Shown here one piece after another: positions 1 to 11,889 of a stretch of 64,000 nucleotides of DNA; positions within the stretch are counted from its first letter, which is position 1; each line of letters opens with the position of its first letter. The translations under genes were made by a program, and so were the position numbers. Below the pieces are notes generated by a model. It saw nothing but the letters and a program-made list of their open reading frames with translations. It was not told the DNA's origin and did no database searches. The stretch comes from Sarea resinae. Lineage: Eukaryota. The DNA is taken from the NCBI GenBank assembly GCA_026026165.1, contig JAPEUD010000068.1, forward strand, positions 62,001 through 126,000, written 5' to 3'.

Positions 1-767
1 GTGTCTCGGGCCAAACCAGAGGGGAAGCAGATCAATCGATCGGTTCCTCGCCCTTGGGTGTATTTCTAGAAATTCTTTTTTTTATTTTTCGTTGGGGGTT
101 CCATTCAATAAATCTAGAATTTTTTTTTTTCGAATGATTTGAGCTGGTCATGGAATCATTTCGGATGAGTGAGTGAGTGCGTGAGTCGGCCGGATTGAGA
201 AACTTTGCTTGATTGATTTGATGTGGATGACTAGACTAGCTGGCTACGTAGGCATGGGGAAAGGGGGAAGGAGCAAAAAATGATGTTGATTGATGACTCT
301 CCTTGTCTTATCGGAAAGGAGGAATGTGTGAAAGGGGTAGATCAGAGGATAGGGTGGGGAGGTAGATAAGTACGTAGGAAGGGGTCGAGGTAGGGAGCGA
401 GAAAGATGAGTGGAGTATTGGAAAACGAAATGACAAAGAAAAGAGAAGAAAGGAGAAGAAGGAAAAGAGGCAGGAAACACAACAAACTAGAAATCAAGGC
501 TTCATTCGGATAGATGGCCGACTTTCCACAGATCCGGGCTTTCGTTGCCCCCCGACCGACCGACCGATCCAGCCCCCGCCGTCCCTTGACGCCGCCGTCC
601 CCATTTTATCCCCCCCCCTCCCCCCGACTATGCGCAAGGAGAGCGCGCGCTGGGCTACGATATCGTATTTGCTTTATCGTCCTGATAAATTCGGCTTAGA
701 TATCAATCATTTTAAGCTTAACTGTCCTCTTCTCTCTCCTCTCTCCTCTCTCCTCTCTCCTCTCTCC

Positions 768-2757
768 TCAACCCCACATGGCGTCTTTGCCCCTACCACC
801 GCCCTCGACCGCCGGCGGCGTCGTGAGGGCATAGCTCCAGACCTCCTGACCATCGACGAAGAGCCTGTAGCGAAGGAGTCCCTGGTCGGCGACGGCGCTG
901 GTGGGGTTGGAGATCTCGATGGCGCCGAACTTGGACTGTCCGTCGGGGAGGTACTTGATGCAGACGTCCTCGCCGTCGGGCGACGGCCGATAGGTGCGGA
1001 TGGGGATGTAGAACATGTTGAGCGGGCTGGTGCTGAACTCGTGCGGGGTGGCGCTCAGGGGCCAGCGGCCGTCCTTGGGCGGCGGGAACGCCGTGGCCGC
1101 GAACTCGTGCCGGTCGCCGCTGAGGATGACGACCCCGACGCCGTCGCCACGGTCGCCGACGTCCCACATGGCTTCGAGCAGCAGCCGGCGCTCCTCGAGG
1201 TAGCCGCCCCACGTGTCACCCGAACCGACCCGCCAGTTTTTCGTGAACGGGATCGACGAGATCAGGATCTTCCACTTGACGCCGTCGGGCTCGCGCCGGC
1301 GCAGGAACGAGAGCGCCGAGGTTAGCTGCCGCGGCCCAAGCATCGTCTTCTGCGCCGGGGACCGGTAGCGGCGTGTGTCCATCAAAAAGAAGGAGGCCGG
1401 GCCCTGCGTGAAGGCGAAATAGGTTTCACCCGGCTTGACAGGGGGCGGGTTGACCGAGGTGTGGTAGTGCGTGAACGGGTCGGCTGCGGCCGCGTAGACG
1501 CCCGTGGTGTTTCTCTCCCAGTCGTTGTCGATCTCGTGGTCGTCGAGGACGTGGAGCCAGGGGAGGTTGGTCGAGACGGCAGGCCAGTCTGGTGAGGCGT
1601 AGACGCGGCGGTAGTCGGAGCGGTAGGTGGATTTATCGGTGCCGAATCGGTGGGGCACATCAATGTAGATAAAGTCGCCCAGGAAAAGCATAAATTGGGC
1701 GTTCAACTCTGGCAGGCGGGCGGCAAGTTTGCGAAAGCCGGGGAAGGAGAGAGGATGAGACAAAGGGTTGTAGGGAAAGCCTGATTTGATGCATGATGTA
1801 CTGAGGAAGGTGAAGGGGCGGGTGGATTTAGCAGGAGTGCGTCCAACAGGAGGTGGGGTAGTGAAGAAACCTGTGTGATTGTTGGAGACGGCGTATTGGT
1901 ATCTGGTGTCTGGACGTAGACGGGGGAGGGTCACGGTAGTGGTATAGTCAGTTTCATTCGTGAGCCAGAAAACCTCGCCGGCCGACTTCCACGAGTCCGC
2001 GATGAGTTCCTGTGTTGGGTCCGCCGGGGAGGGCACTTCAGCTTGACGGTAGGAGATGTATAAGGGTAGCTGGGCGCTGTCTGGTTCGCGAATTAAGATT
2101 TTTGCGCTGTTCTCAGAGACGAAGCCTGTCCTTGCGAAAGAAAGATCGTCACTAGGGTAAAACACGTGTCCTCTGTAGATGAAATCTGCGGCCATGATCA
2201 CTAGGGCGACGTTGATTCCAGCGGTGATTAGACTCCATAGCGACGATGTCGGACTCGGCAGACCGGTCAAAAGTGTGCGGAGAATGTGTGGGTCCTGCTC
2301 TTCGAGGACTAAAGTCTCCTTGATTTCGATGTCTTCCTCCGTTTCGACTGGTGGCTTCTCGTTGTCTGGGAGATTCTGAGAGTGAGCTGCCGAGGAAGGC
2401 AAAGTCGGAGGCTGCGATTCCCCTTCCGTTTCATTAACTGTGATGTCGACTTCATCTGCAATGACTTCATATGGCGAGGTCTCGAAGAAGGTCTTGACAA
2501 ATGCAGGAAGATAGACGGCAAACAGAGTGTTAATCGCGAGGGGGAAGCCCTGCAATGGATTAGCCCGAGAGTAGGACGAGGTAAGATTGAATACTATATT
2601 CGACATACGCTCGCTGGGAACTAGATTAGTTGCCATCAGCTTCTCTTCATATATTTGACGCCTCATCTGGGGGACATACCCATCTCAAGAATAGATAACA
2701 GCACACTCTCAATCCGATGGAGCTGAAAGCAGTCAAGGCCTCCAGTCTGGACGGCAT
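768..2757 (-). CDS. Alkaline phosphatase D (PhoD) family protein, membrane-anchored
   Basis: PhoD motifs FLGDFIYID, LDDHEIDNDW, MDTRRYRS, TMLG, DTWGGY, ILSGDRH. Spliced model: exon1 2757-2680, 12-nt exon 2620-2609, exon3 2549-768; introns GTATGT..TAG and GTATGT..CAG keep the frame. Confidence 0.9.
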
Positions 2758-3551
2758 AGTGACGAGTCGAAGCTGAGGCCAGCTGTAGATCAGTGTGCCA
2801 TAGGAGGTAAGCCCAGAAGGCTGGAGGTAGAGGAAAGTAAAGGTGAGCTTCACAGTCAGTAGTCACGTAAGTTGAAGTGGCGATATGGCCAAAGGGTGAC
2901 TTGTGCTGAAGCCAAACAACTGACAACAAATGACCAGACAATCATCAACCGCACGGTGACGTCGTTCGGTCGTTGGTTGCTGGCGCTTCCATTAAGCTCC
3001 CGCGTGGTATGCGGAGGCGGATTATCATTGTCCCGAACACCTCGCTCCGTGGATTGGATTGGATCCAATCCATCCAATAGTCTAGACCAGCATCAATGAT
3101 GGATTGAATCATGGACGGGTCCCGCCTCCAGCTCTACCGTCAGCTATATACACCTCCTGCCTCCAGAATGCGGCAAATGCCAAGATCGCACAGCTGCATC
3201 GTGAGTGCAAAGGAGAGAAATGGACCGATCTGAGAGCAACAGGCATGATGCTGTCAAACTCGCTATGCTGCCATTCACTCTGGGGCAGCGGAATGCGCGC
3301 TCTGCGAAAGTGCTGGTCGCAGATATGAATGCTGATAGAAGGAACCATGACCTACGCTTTAAGCCAAATCTGCGTCCAGTAGTACTCACTCTCATGAACC
3401 TACATTCAATTGACTCATGTTCAAAGGCACACTAACATCTCAAATCCGGAACATAATCTCAGAACCTCGACTCTTGATTACTCTTGATTATCTCACCAGA
3501 CCCCATCAACCGACTCCCAGATCAGCTCGCGTGCCCTCAGGAGAGACCATC

Positions 3552-4682
3552 ATGAGCCACTCAAATACTCAGCAGGCCAATGCCGAGGCGTTGAACCAAC
3601 TTACGACCAGGAATGACCAACACAATGCCATCAACCCCGAAGATCGGAAGGCTATTAACATAGCTCTTTCGGATCAGAAGACTATCACGATGATGGAGGA
3701 GCGGGGAATATCATCACATATAAAGAGACGAGAGAATAAAGAGGCCGTCAAACAGAAGGACTAAACACCTATACGGACCTTCCTTCCACCCCATCCAAGA
3801 CATTTACATCTTTGATTGGAACATGATGGATTTCGATTTCGGTGTCTTCGGAAAACATGAGGAGATGAAGCAAGCATGGCTAGAGCATTTGAGTTCTTTG
3901 GAGGGCATCTGCAAAATGGCAGGTGAAAGCACCAAGTTGTCCGACATCCTGAAAAACAATTCAACAGACGACAACATCATGTTCTTGATCCGGAAGTCGA
4001 TGGCTCTACACTGAAAATTTTCACGGACAGCTGGCAGATGTTCTATTGGAACTTGCGGGCCAAAAACCACCACATTAGTTCGATAGCTCAAGACGAAAGC
4101 TGTTAACCGTGGAATGCCAGATGCCGGTTTGTGTCGATTGCGCCACATTTAATAACTTGGAGCGCAGGTTGCGGTCTCTCTAACTTATATTGTGACGATC
4201 TATGCCCAGGAAATGTAATTGCAAACGACTCTCCGATTTATTACTGCAATCAATTGGAAACTTTGCTACGCGGCTCCAAGTCGGTTCTCCAACAGTGCTC
4301 TATGGCATTAGAGAAACCGAAGACTTGGCTTACTGACGAAGACTCGAACGGCCTTTTCAAGTCCTATGTCCTGGTGTTCGAAACATTCGTGTAGATTCTC
4401 GAGCAAGAGAAGAAGCCAGACTGGCATTTCCGAGAGAGCCACCTTCTTCGCAATTGCCGGCTCGGATGCGGCGCGTTGTCGCTCTGGCGATCGCGGCTTC
4501 TATGATTAATCGACGAATACGGCCATGAAGTGGTTGAGCTTGATCCGACTGCTGCCTCGTGTTTCATTCACGGGAGGGAGTTCTGGAATAGTCTGATATC
4601 AATACCGTCTTGCCCATCAGTGTGTCCTGTTTCAACAGATGTGCGAGCCATCATAGATCGTCGCCCGACGAATCGAGCCTGA
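3552..4682 (+). pseudogene. Possible decayed gene of unknown family
   Basis: Successive protein-like + strand ORF fragments (3552-3764, 3823-4014). One frame from 4131 to 4682 has only two internal stops (TAG 4392, TGA 4503). No family recognised. Confidence 0.3.
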
Positions 4683-5544
4683 AATCCAAATGTTTGCCTT
4701 TGTTTGCTTGGTCTCGGGGAGAAGGGGTGCTTCTCCGGGGCGGGTACTTCGTAGAACGAGAGAGCTTGGTGCTCGAACAAGTCTCGGGGCGAACCCTGAC
4801 AATCCCCACGAAAATAGATCGTGTGAAGTTTCATTCGTGGTATCATTCGTGGGGCCGAGGGGCGCAAGGCACCAAGTAGAGCGACAAGCTGAAGTGTAGT
4901 GTGTTCATATCTCACCGCAATGAAGATACTTTTTCAACGGTATCTGATACTGGCGGCCGTGGAGAGCTACTACGTAACATTTGGCTCGCCTCTGCCCGCC
5001 CCTCGCTCGCACTCACACTACACAGTCCCTACGTGCAAACACTCTTACGTCCTAGCAAATTTCAGCTCCCAAAAAGTCTCTCACCGACAGGCCCGCTATT
5101 ACTCTCCAGACCACATTGCACTGCCAGCGGAAAAGAACGGCGTGTGATATCTGCACGGACGACGAGCTCATCAACACCTCGATTTGGATTTGATCACCGT
5201 ATTCAGGTGAGTGATTCTGCTCAGTCATCAATCCTTAACACAGCCGGTTTAGCTCGGTGAGGGTTTGCCCATAGCCTGAATCTTGTCTGGCCGGTCTGTG
5301 ACTTGGCCTCCAATTCCTCCGTTTCCCCTCACCTCCCAAACAACCTCGCGTCTTCTTACTTTTGCATCAACAAATCTTCATGAGACTGATTCTTTCTTGA
5401 TCATTGAAGTCTCACACCAGCCCTCAAGTAGCACTATACCAACCCAGCACTCGCACTGGCGAACCTTTGCTGTCAGTTGGTATTCCAACTTGTCTGGCTG
5501 TATTAGCCATCAGATCACCCAGAACTCGCCCGTCAATATCTTCC

Positions 5545-5710
5545 ATGAACCCGGCCGACCTACTACGATTCCTTTCCAAGCCTGCAAAGTGAGTCTTGCA
5601 CAAAGGTTCATTGTCCAAACTTGGAGTGGCGAGGATAGCGTCCAGCCGTGGAAGCTTCATTCACTCGGAATCATCATCTAACGATTCACTTATGCTGTAG
5701 GCCCAGATAA
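5545..5710 (+). promoter_or_regulatory. Spliced upstream ORF (MNPADLLRFLSKPAKPR) in the SPE2 5' leader
   Basis: ATG 5545; intron 5589-5700 (GTGAGT...CTAAC...TAG); the joined frame ends in TAA at 5708-5710. No other ATG lies between 5701 and 6125. Confidence 0.6.
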
Positions 5711-6125
5711 CACCCGCTACGTGCTACCTGATCATCGACGTCGTCGACCTACATTTATCCCCAAGCAGATATCCTCGTCTGCTAGACCCGATACTTTCAC
5801 CGGGTATCGGAATCTTCAGATCGAGGGCACCAAACGGTTGCCACCATTTCTCGGCGCAAAGCCTCGTTTATTCCCTTGTCCGCCAGACCTCCATAAGGCC
5901 CTTTAAAGGTCATTCCAATCCAAGGCCATCTTGTTGCTGTTTTCTTTCCCCACACCTCGTGGGCCTTCTCTTCTCAGGCGAGCACCGCATTGTTCGTCTG
6001 GGTAGCAGATTGAGCTTCACTGCGTCCACCTGCAGAGTGCTATCAATCCAAACGAATCATCAACGACTTTGAGCCAACAATCTTCCATCGATCAGAGAGG
6101 TCTTTGTACCTAAATCAGTACGGAG

Positions 6126-7787
6126 ATGGTCAATATTGAAATCCCAAAGCATTACACAGCTTCTCCGTCCTCATTCAGTGGGACGCCGCATCTGACGATC
6201 AATCGAGAGGCGACCATCGATCTCGATTCTAGCAATGCATTTGAAGGTAAGGTCCACCGAGACAGGAAAGCTTGTACTTTGCTGACGGATTTAGGCCCCG
6301 AGAAGCTTTTAGAGGTCTGGTTTAGCCAGTCTCCTGAGGCCTTACCACGCACAGCTGGCCCCAATGGCTTGAAGGCGGTATCCGCTGACGTCTGGACTGA
6401 GATGCTCGATATCGTCAACTGCAAAGTCCTTTCCATTGTGGAATCTGAGCATGTTGATGCCTATCTCCTTTCGGAGTCGAGCATGTTCGTCTTCCCCCAT
6501 AAACTTATCCTCAAGACATGTGGCACTACAACTCTACTCTGTGGTCTCCCGCGTATGCTCGAGATTGCTGCGTTGTCAGCGGGCTTTCCTCATGCCGTGG
6601 CCAACCCTCTTCGAGGCATACCAGCTGCTGCAACTCCTTATCGGGTGTTTTACAGCAGGAAGAATTTTCTGTTTCCCGACAGACAGCTCGGCCCCCATCG
6701 CAGCTGGAGAGATGAAGTCAAGTACCTGGATAAGATGTTCCAGGGTGGGAGTGCCTACATGGTAGGAAAGATGAACGGTGACCATTGGTACCTCTATCTC
6801 ACCGGGCCTGGTACTACTTTGACCCCTCCCTCTACTCCCGGTGACGAAAAGTTCGCACCGGTAGAGACAGAGACTAAGTATCTCAATGTACCCGATGGAA
6901 TGGCTGTGGCGGCCGCGGAAGGTAAGAAGATAGACGAAGCCCAGGACGAGACCTTGGAGGTGTTGATGACCGACCTTGACGAGGAGAACGCAAAGCAGTT
7001 CTACCTCGAGCACGCGAGTGCGGTCGCGGAGAGTCGGTATTATCAGCAGGCTCATGAGGCTCGTCGGCACGCCATCGAAAACCTCGTTTTGCATGGCAAT
7101 GGTCTTGGCAATGGGAACGGCTATCATTATGGAGGGTTTGACGTGTTCAGCAACACTTCCTCCGATAACGGCGACCTTACTCCAGACGAGGATGACCATT
7201 ATCCAGAGGAGCTCACGACTGAAGGTCATGCTCTTGGAACAGTGGTGTCTGAGACCTCAGGTCTAGCCGACGTATACCCCCCCAATAAGTACCCGGAATC
7301 ACGCATTGATGCCTACCTTTTCACGCCCTGCGGCTTCTCCGCCAATGGCGTCATCCCTGCTCCTGAGGGCAGCACAGGTCCAACTCCAACACACTACTTT
7401 ACGGTACACGTAACGCCCGAGCCTCATTGCTCCTACGCCTCGTTTGAAACCAATGTCCCTCATCGCCAGACTGGCCGTGAGACCGCCGAGGTTGTCGAGC
7501 AGGTAGTCAACATTTTCAAGCCCGGCCGCTTTAGCGTTACACTTTTCGAAGCTAAGCCCAGTGCCGATGAGGGCGGTGTTCCCAAAGGCTACGGTGACGC
7601 CATCCAGGAGATCAAGGCCTTTGAGAGAAGCGCTGCGAAGCGTAGTTCCAGGATGGAGACTATCAAGGGATATCGCCGCATCGATCGCATCGTTCACGAT
7701 TTGGATGGCTACGATCTCGTTTTCCGGTACTACGAGCGCTTGGACTGGAAGGGTGGTGCGCCGAGGCTTGGTGAGGTGGGGATGTAG
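6126..7787 (+). CDS. SPE2: S-adenosylmethionine decarboxylase proenzyme
   Basis: FEGPEKLLE after removing the 48-nt intron 6247-6294; autocleavage motif YLLSE/SSMFV; LKTCGTTTLL; FTPCGFSANG; HVTPEPHCSYASFETN. Confidence 0.97.
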   Translation: MVNIEIPKHYTASPSSFSGTPHLTINREATIDLDSSNAFEGKVHRDRKACTLLTDLGPEKLLEVWFSQSPEALPRTAGPNGLKAVSADVWTEMLDIVNCKVLSIVESEHVDAYLLSESSMFVFPHKLILKTCGTTTLLCGLPRMLEIAALSAGFPHAVANPLRGIPAAATPYRVFYSRKNFLFPDRQLGPHRSWRDEVKYLDKMFQGGSAYMVGKMNGDHWYLYLTGPGTTLTPPSTPGDEKFAPVETETKYLNVPDGMAVAAAEGKKIDEAQDETLEVLMTDLDEENAKQFYLEHASAVAESRYYQQAHEARRHAIENLVLHGNGLGNGNGYHYGGFDVFSNTSSDNGDLTPDEDDHYPEELTTEGHALGTVVSETSGLADVYPPNKYPESRIDAYLFTPCGFSANGVIPAPEGSTGPTPTHYFTVHVTPEPHCSYASFETNVPHRQTGRETAEVVEQVVNIFKPGRFSVTLFEAKPSADEGGVPKGYGDAIQEIKAFERSAAKRSSRMETIKGYRRIDRIVHDLDGYDLVFRYYERLDWKGGAPRLGEVGM

Positions 7788-8225
7788 GTTTTATCCTTAC
7801 GTTCTACCCTCGTTTCCTGAGTTAACATTGGGTAGCGATGCTTGGTGAATACCGTTGCTGGTAGAAGTTGTTTTGGCGAAGCTCTCATGACTTATTTTGG
7901 CTTATTCTGATCTCTGCTTGCGTTCTGCGATCTAATTCCGATGGATTGCAGCCTATGTTCCTGTGTGGACTTTCCTTTAATGCTCTGCTATCTAGCCTGC
8001 ACTGTGTTATTCGTTCTTTGGCAGTCGAAATTAGAGCTCTTTTTCAGCATCCCGCAGACACTGCGTCGATGCTATTACATATGTCTGCATATATCGGACC
8101 AACTCAATCTAGTCACTCATTTACCTATACTTCTTAACTTGAAGTGTTGACACAGCTGCAGTCGCCGAAGTGAGCCGATATGGGTAGTAATTTTGGTAGA
8201 TCAGCTGAAGCATGTTACCAACCAA

Positions 8226-8765
8226 AAGACGTTCTACGATAAATGGCCACAACGCGGTCATCAGTACTTGCCGAAACGTCCACCTTGCGGGCAGGTACCT
8301 ACTATGCAAGGTGCCACGAAAGGCGTTACCAATTGAGAGACGTTCGATGATAAATGCTAGATTCATCATTTCAGCATTTATTGTCGAACGTTTCTGTGAC
8401 GGAATTCAATCTTACTGTAGGTTGGATGAAGTTGGTCCATGGATGAAAGAAAGTCGCTCGCCGAGACGTTCGACGGAAAATGCTGAAAACTTGCCGAGAC
8501 GTTCGACGATAAATGCTAAAAACTCGCCAATAGCTCACCTCCACTCACTAAGGTATCCAGCAGTCTTTCGTCGTTGGACGTCCGAAGACAGAACTCGAAG
8601 GGGCGTCCGACGATAAATGGCAGAATGCCATGTTGGCGCCCAGCGATATGATATATCGTGGAAGATTAGGCAAGTACAATTCGCCATTTTGGCGACCTTC
8701 TTCTTACTATGTGTTACGGGCCAAAAAGTGAGGTCGCTCTCAAAGAGACGTTCGACGGTAAATTG
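8226..8765. repeat. Cluster A of dispersed GAGACGTTCGACGATAAATG motif (8 copies, both orientations)
   Basis: Copies at 8226-8245(+), 8337-8358(+), 8371-8394(-), 8463-8495(+), 8496-8533(+), 8566-8583(-), 8600-8620(+), 8745-8765(+). Confidence 0.9.
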
Positions 8766-9595
8766 GATGCGCAATTCCCACCTTGAGCCAGTTCTTTGTG
8801 AATATAGGCAGTGAGCTAGGTTGAGACATTAACAAAACCCCCCGTCTTCGTTTTTGAGGTTGCATCTATGTATGCAAGGACGAAAAGCATAAGGTCAATT
8901 GATATCAACTTCATTAACGAGAGACGCTGTGGCCGAGCAAGGGGCAAACCTCCACCAATTCGCCAAACTTGACTGAGATAGGAGCTTCACCGGCGACGAG
9001 AACAGAGAAGCAGATTCTACCTTGGACTATTTATTGGATAGCATTTCACTCGAGGTGTCGAAATATCTTGGATCGCTCGGCACTCTTCCAGCCACGGCAC
9101 TCTGAGCCATCTAGACTGCCTGAGGAATGCCGGACGCTAGGGGCCAGCCCCCACTACACCCTATCCTCCCTTTCTTGCCCTCCGAACCTCCTCTGGACAC
9201 GTCATTCAGGAATGAGATATTTGCACCGTCTTCCTCGTCTCCGTCCTTTATTTCGCGCTGTAGCGCGCTTTAATGGATCGTTTCGGGCGTGCGTGATAGA
9301 GGGAGAGTTCAATCGCCATCTTCATTTATGTTCTTGCTGGATCTGTGAATATTTACCAGCCGTGCTGTCTTCTCATTCTGTTTCGATCTGCTTTCGGATG
9401 AGCTGGACTCAATCCTTCTTGTTCTCTCCAAGTGATATTTTGATCAACCATATCGTGTGCTGGCCAATTGATCAATTCTGGATCTACGATAGCAGCTGTC
9501 TATGCTGGCTGAACCGATTGCTATTGCTACTTCAAATATTTTCACGAATATATTTTTACAGGAATCCTCCACTCAGTTTCTTCGAAACTGCAGCC

Positions 9596-11889
9596 ATGGG
9601 CATCGGTACAGGCTTTGTTGGGATCACATCTCGCGACAGCCGTGCTGTAGGCCTCACAACACTATCATGTCTTTGCCTCCTATTCGTCCTCTCGACCGTC
9701 GCCGGCTCAATTGCTATTTACCTATTCGCCTCCCACGTAGTTGATGCTACCATGGCTGTCAGCGAGATCCTTGTTGTATCTTGCGTAAGTCACCTCGCCC
9801 ATCCGTCCATATTTATAGAGCGTCGTATTGACTTCGATGTGCAGTCGAGCTTCTCTATCTGCTATGTTGTGCTTCATCTCCTCGCGCTCCGTTGTCGACC
9901 AATGGGCATCTTCCAGCGCCAGCAGAAAACCGGCCTCTGTTCGGTCTGCATCGTCGTTCTCCGTGTACTGACCTCGCTCTGGATGATCGGTTCAGTCGCG
10001 GGTCTCATCGTTGCTGCGCGACGGCCAGTTTGTCTTGCAGTGTCACTGGCCGGCCTCGGACAGGGGCATTGGGATAGAGGGGAAAGCTGCGTGTTGCACC
10101 GATTCAGCGTTGCCACTTCTTTGCTAGCATTGTACGGCCGCGCTCCTTATATCGTTTGTCAAAAGTACTGACTGCCAAAAGCATGACTTCCTGCGTTCTC
10201 TTCTGCGTCATCGAGAGCGCCGAACAACCGTTTGATGCCCACATTCTCGGCATGCCTCAATCAACCCGTTACGAACCATTCACAAAATCAGATAGTTGGT
10301 ACAGCTTTCCCGATAGAGGATTATTCCGTTCAGAAAAGAGTTCCTTGCCGCTGTTTAACACGACTGCGAGCACGCAGATTCCCTACTCTCCCTCCACCTC
10401 TCGCAAGCCCCTGAGCACCTTTTCAGCCCAAGGATGGCTGGCTACCAGTTCATTCTCCGAGGCAGATCACAGTGCGGCACAACCTCCAACCCCTCCTCCA
10501 AACGTTTTCAATTCGACAGCCCAGAGACCCTTTCCCGGCTCCCCTGTCTTGCCACTAGCAAACCAACCCTCCTCATGCCCCCTCTCCACCTCCTCTCTCT
10601 CACTTTCGCGACCGTCAACGTCGCGCAGCACATCCTCCGTTTCAAGTTCCAGCACCCACCGCTCATCCCCTCTGAGGACCATGCGTCGTGCTTCGCAGCC
10701 AGATATCCCCATCTTCCCATCTCCACAGTTTCGGGGACCAAGCCCCGAACAGCAAGGGCCACAGCAGACACCGCCTCAAAGCGAGCCCCACTTACAGTCA
10801 CACCCACGACAACGCCCTCAACCGCCGGATCGGCCTCTGCCCCGCCTTCCTCTTCGCCGTCTTGCCAAAATCCCGCACCTCCCGCGCCTGCCCATCCTGC
10901 CAAGCTGGACTCTGCCCGCGCAAAAGCTCCTTGAACAAATCAGTCCGTCATCCTCGTCAGCTCCGCCGTCCCCACCACCAAAGCCATCTTCATCATTGCA
11001 GAACCCAGCACCAGCACCAGCACCAACATCAGCATCAGCATCAGCATCAGCATCAGCATCACCCACCCCCCTCAAACCCCTCCCTCCCCTCTTCTCTCCC
11101 TCACCCCACCCCCCATCCAACCGCCCAAACCCCTCTGCACAAACACGAATCTCACCGCGGCCATCATCATCCTCACGCATATCTTCATCCTGCATCCCAC
11201 CACCGCTCACAATCCGCAAGAAGCCACTCCCTCCGCTCCCACCGCCTGCCCCGCCCCCGAAATCCCCCAATTACCTAAGAAAGGGCCTCAATTCTGTGGG
11301 GAACGGCTCGAACCCGGATCCTCGCACGCAAGGGGGACGACAGTGCAACAAGCCGCTAGAAGCAAATGCAACAGCGACAGCTGCAACAGCAGCAACAGTA
11401 GTAACAACAGCCAACAAGGCCAAGCTCGGCACGACGGAGAAAGAATTACCTCGCCTCCCACGCTCAAGCCGGACCCAGATGTCTCCCCCAAACCCAATCC
11501 CCACCACCACCACCACCACCACCGTTGGCATCGGCATCGGAATTGCTCCTCCAACGTCCTCGCCGACCCCTAGCGCAGACTCAGGCAAATATACCGCCGT
11601 CGCATCTTCTACAGAGGCGGGGAACGCGCCCCTCACAACCTCAGCAGTCGAAAAAGCGACGAGGGCGCAGGCTGGCGGATCTCGAGATAGAAATAGAACC
11701 AGAACTAGACATGAACATGGGCGCGAGCATAGGCATGGCGATAACGATGGCGATTGGCATGGCGATGGACATGAAAACAGACCGCCCATCTCAACCGACT
11801 TCAGAGCCGCGACCACCGACGCCCTGGATGCTGTATTTTCCTCTTCATCATCTTCTTTTTCTTCTGCTTCTATTTTCGTGCGGATATGA
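9596..11889 (+). CDS. Hypothetical protein: ~4 N-terminal TM helices plus long Pro/Ser-rich cytoplasmic tail
   Basis: GCCATGG start at 9596; introns 9785-9844 and 10132-10181 join the hydrophobic exons in frame to ORF 10156-11889. The tail contains (CCAGCA)n/(TCAGCA)n and (ACC)n coding microsatellites. Confidence 0.7.

Noticed and set aside
1..770. Purine- and pyrimidine-skewed low-complexity tract
   Set aside because: Ordinary microsatellite-rich 3' flank; the ORFs there are compositional artefacts.
630..1325. 231-aa + strand ORF and similar antisense ORFs (37819-38655, 44006-44734, 55015-55753, 56507-57328)
   Set aside because: Shadow ORFs opposite GC3-rich genes that are well supported.
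3056..3071. Perfect 16-bp palindrome GGATTGGATCCAATCC
   Set aside because: Arises from (GGATT)n microsatellite units; isolated, with no other support.
8226..8765. Motif as Pol III B-box or tRNA fragments (contains GTTCGA)
   Set aside because: Lacks the downstream NNC(C) of GTTCRANNC, has no A-box and no cloverleaf.
8212..8814. Short ORFs with repeated RRSTIN/ERL peptides (also at 57556-58785)
   Set aside because: These are translations of the non-coding motif in different frames and strands; there is no consistent gene structure.
8969..9595. N-terminal extensions in the ORF track (also 23761-24048 and 30004-30184)
   Set aside because: They begin at TTG/GTG or read through UTRs and introns; better ATG starts exist downstream.
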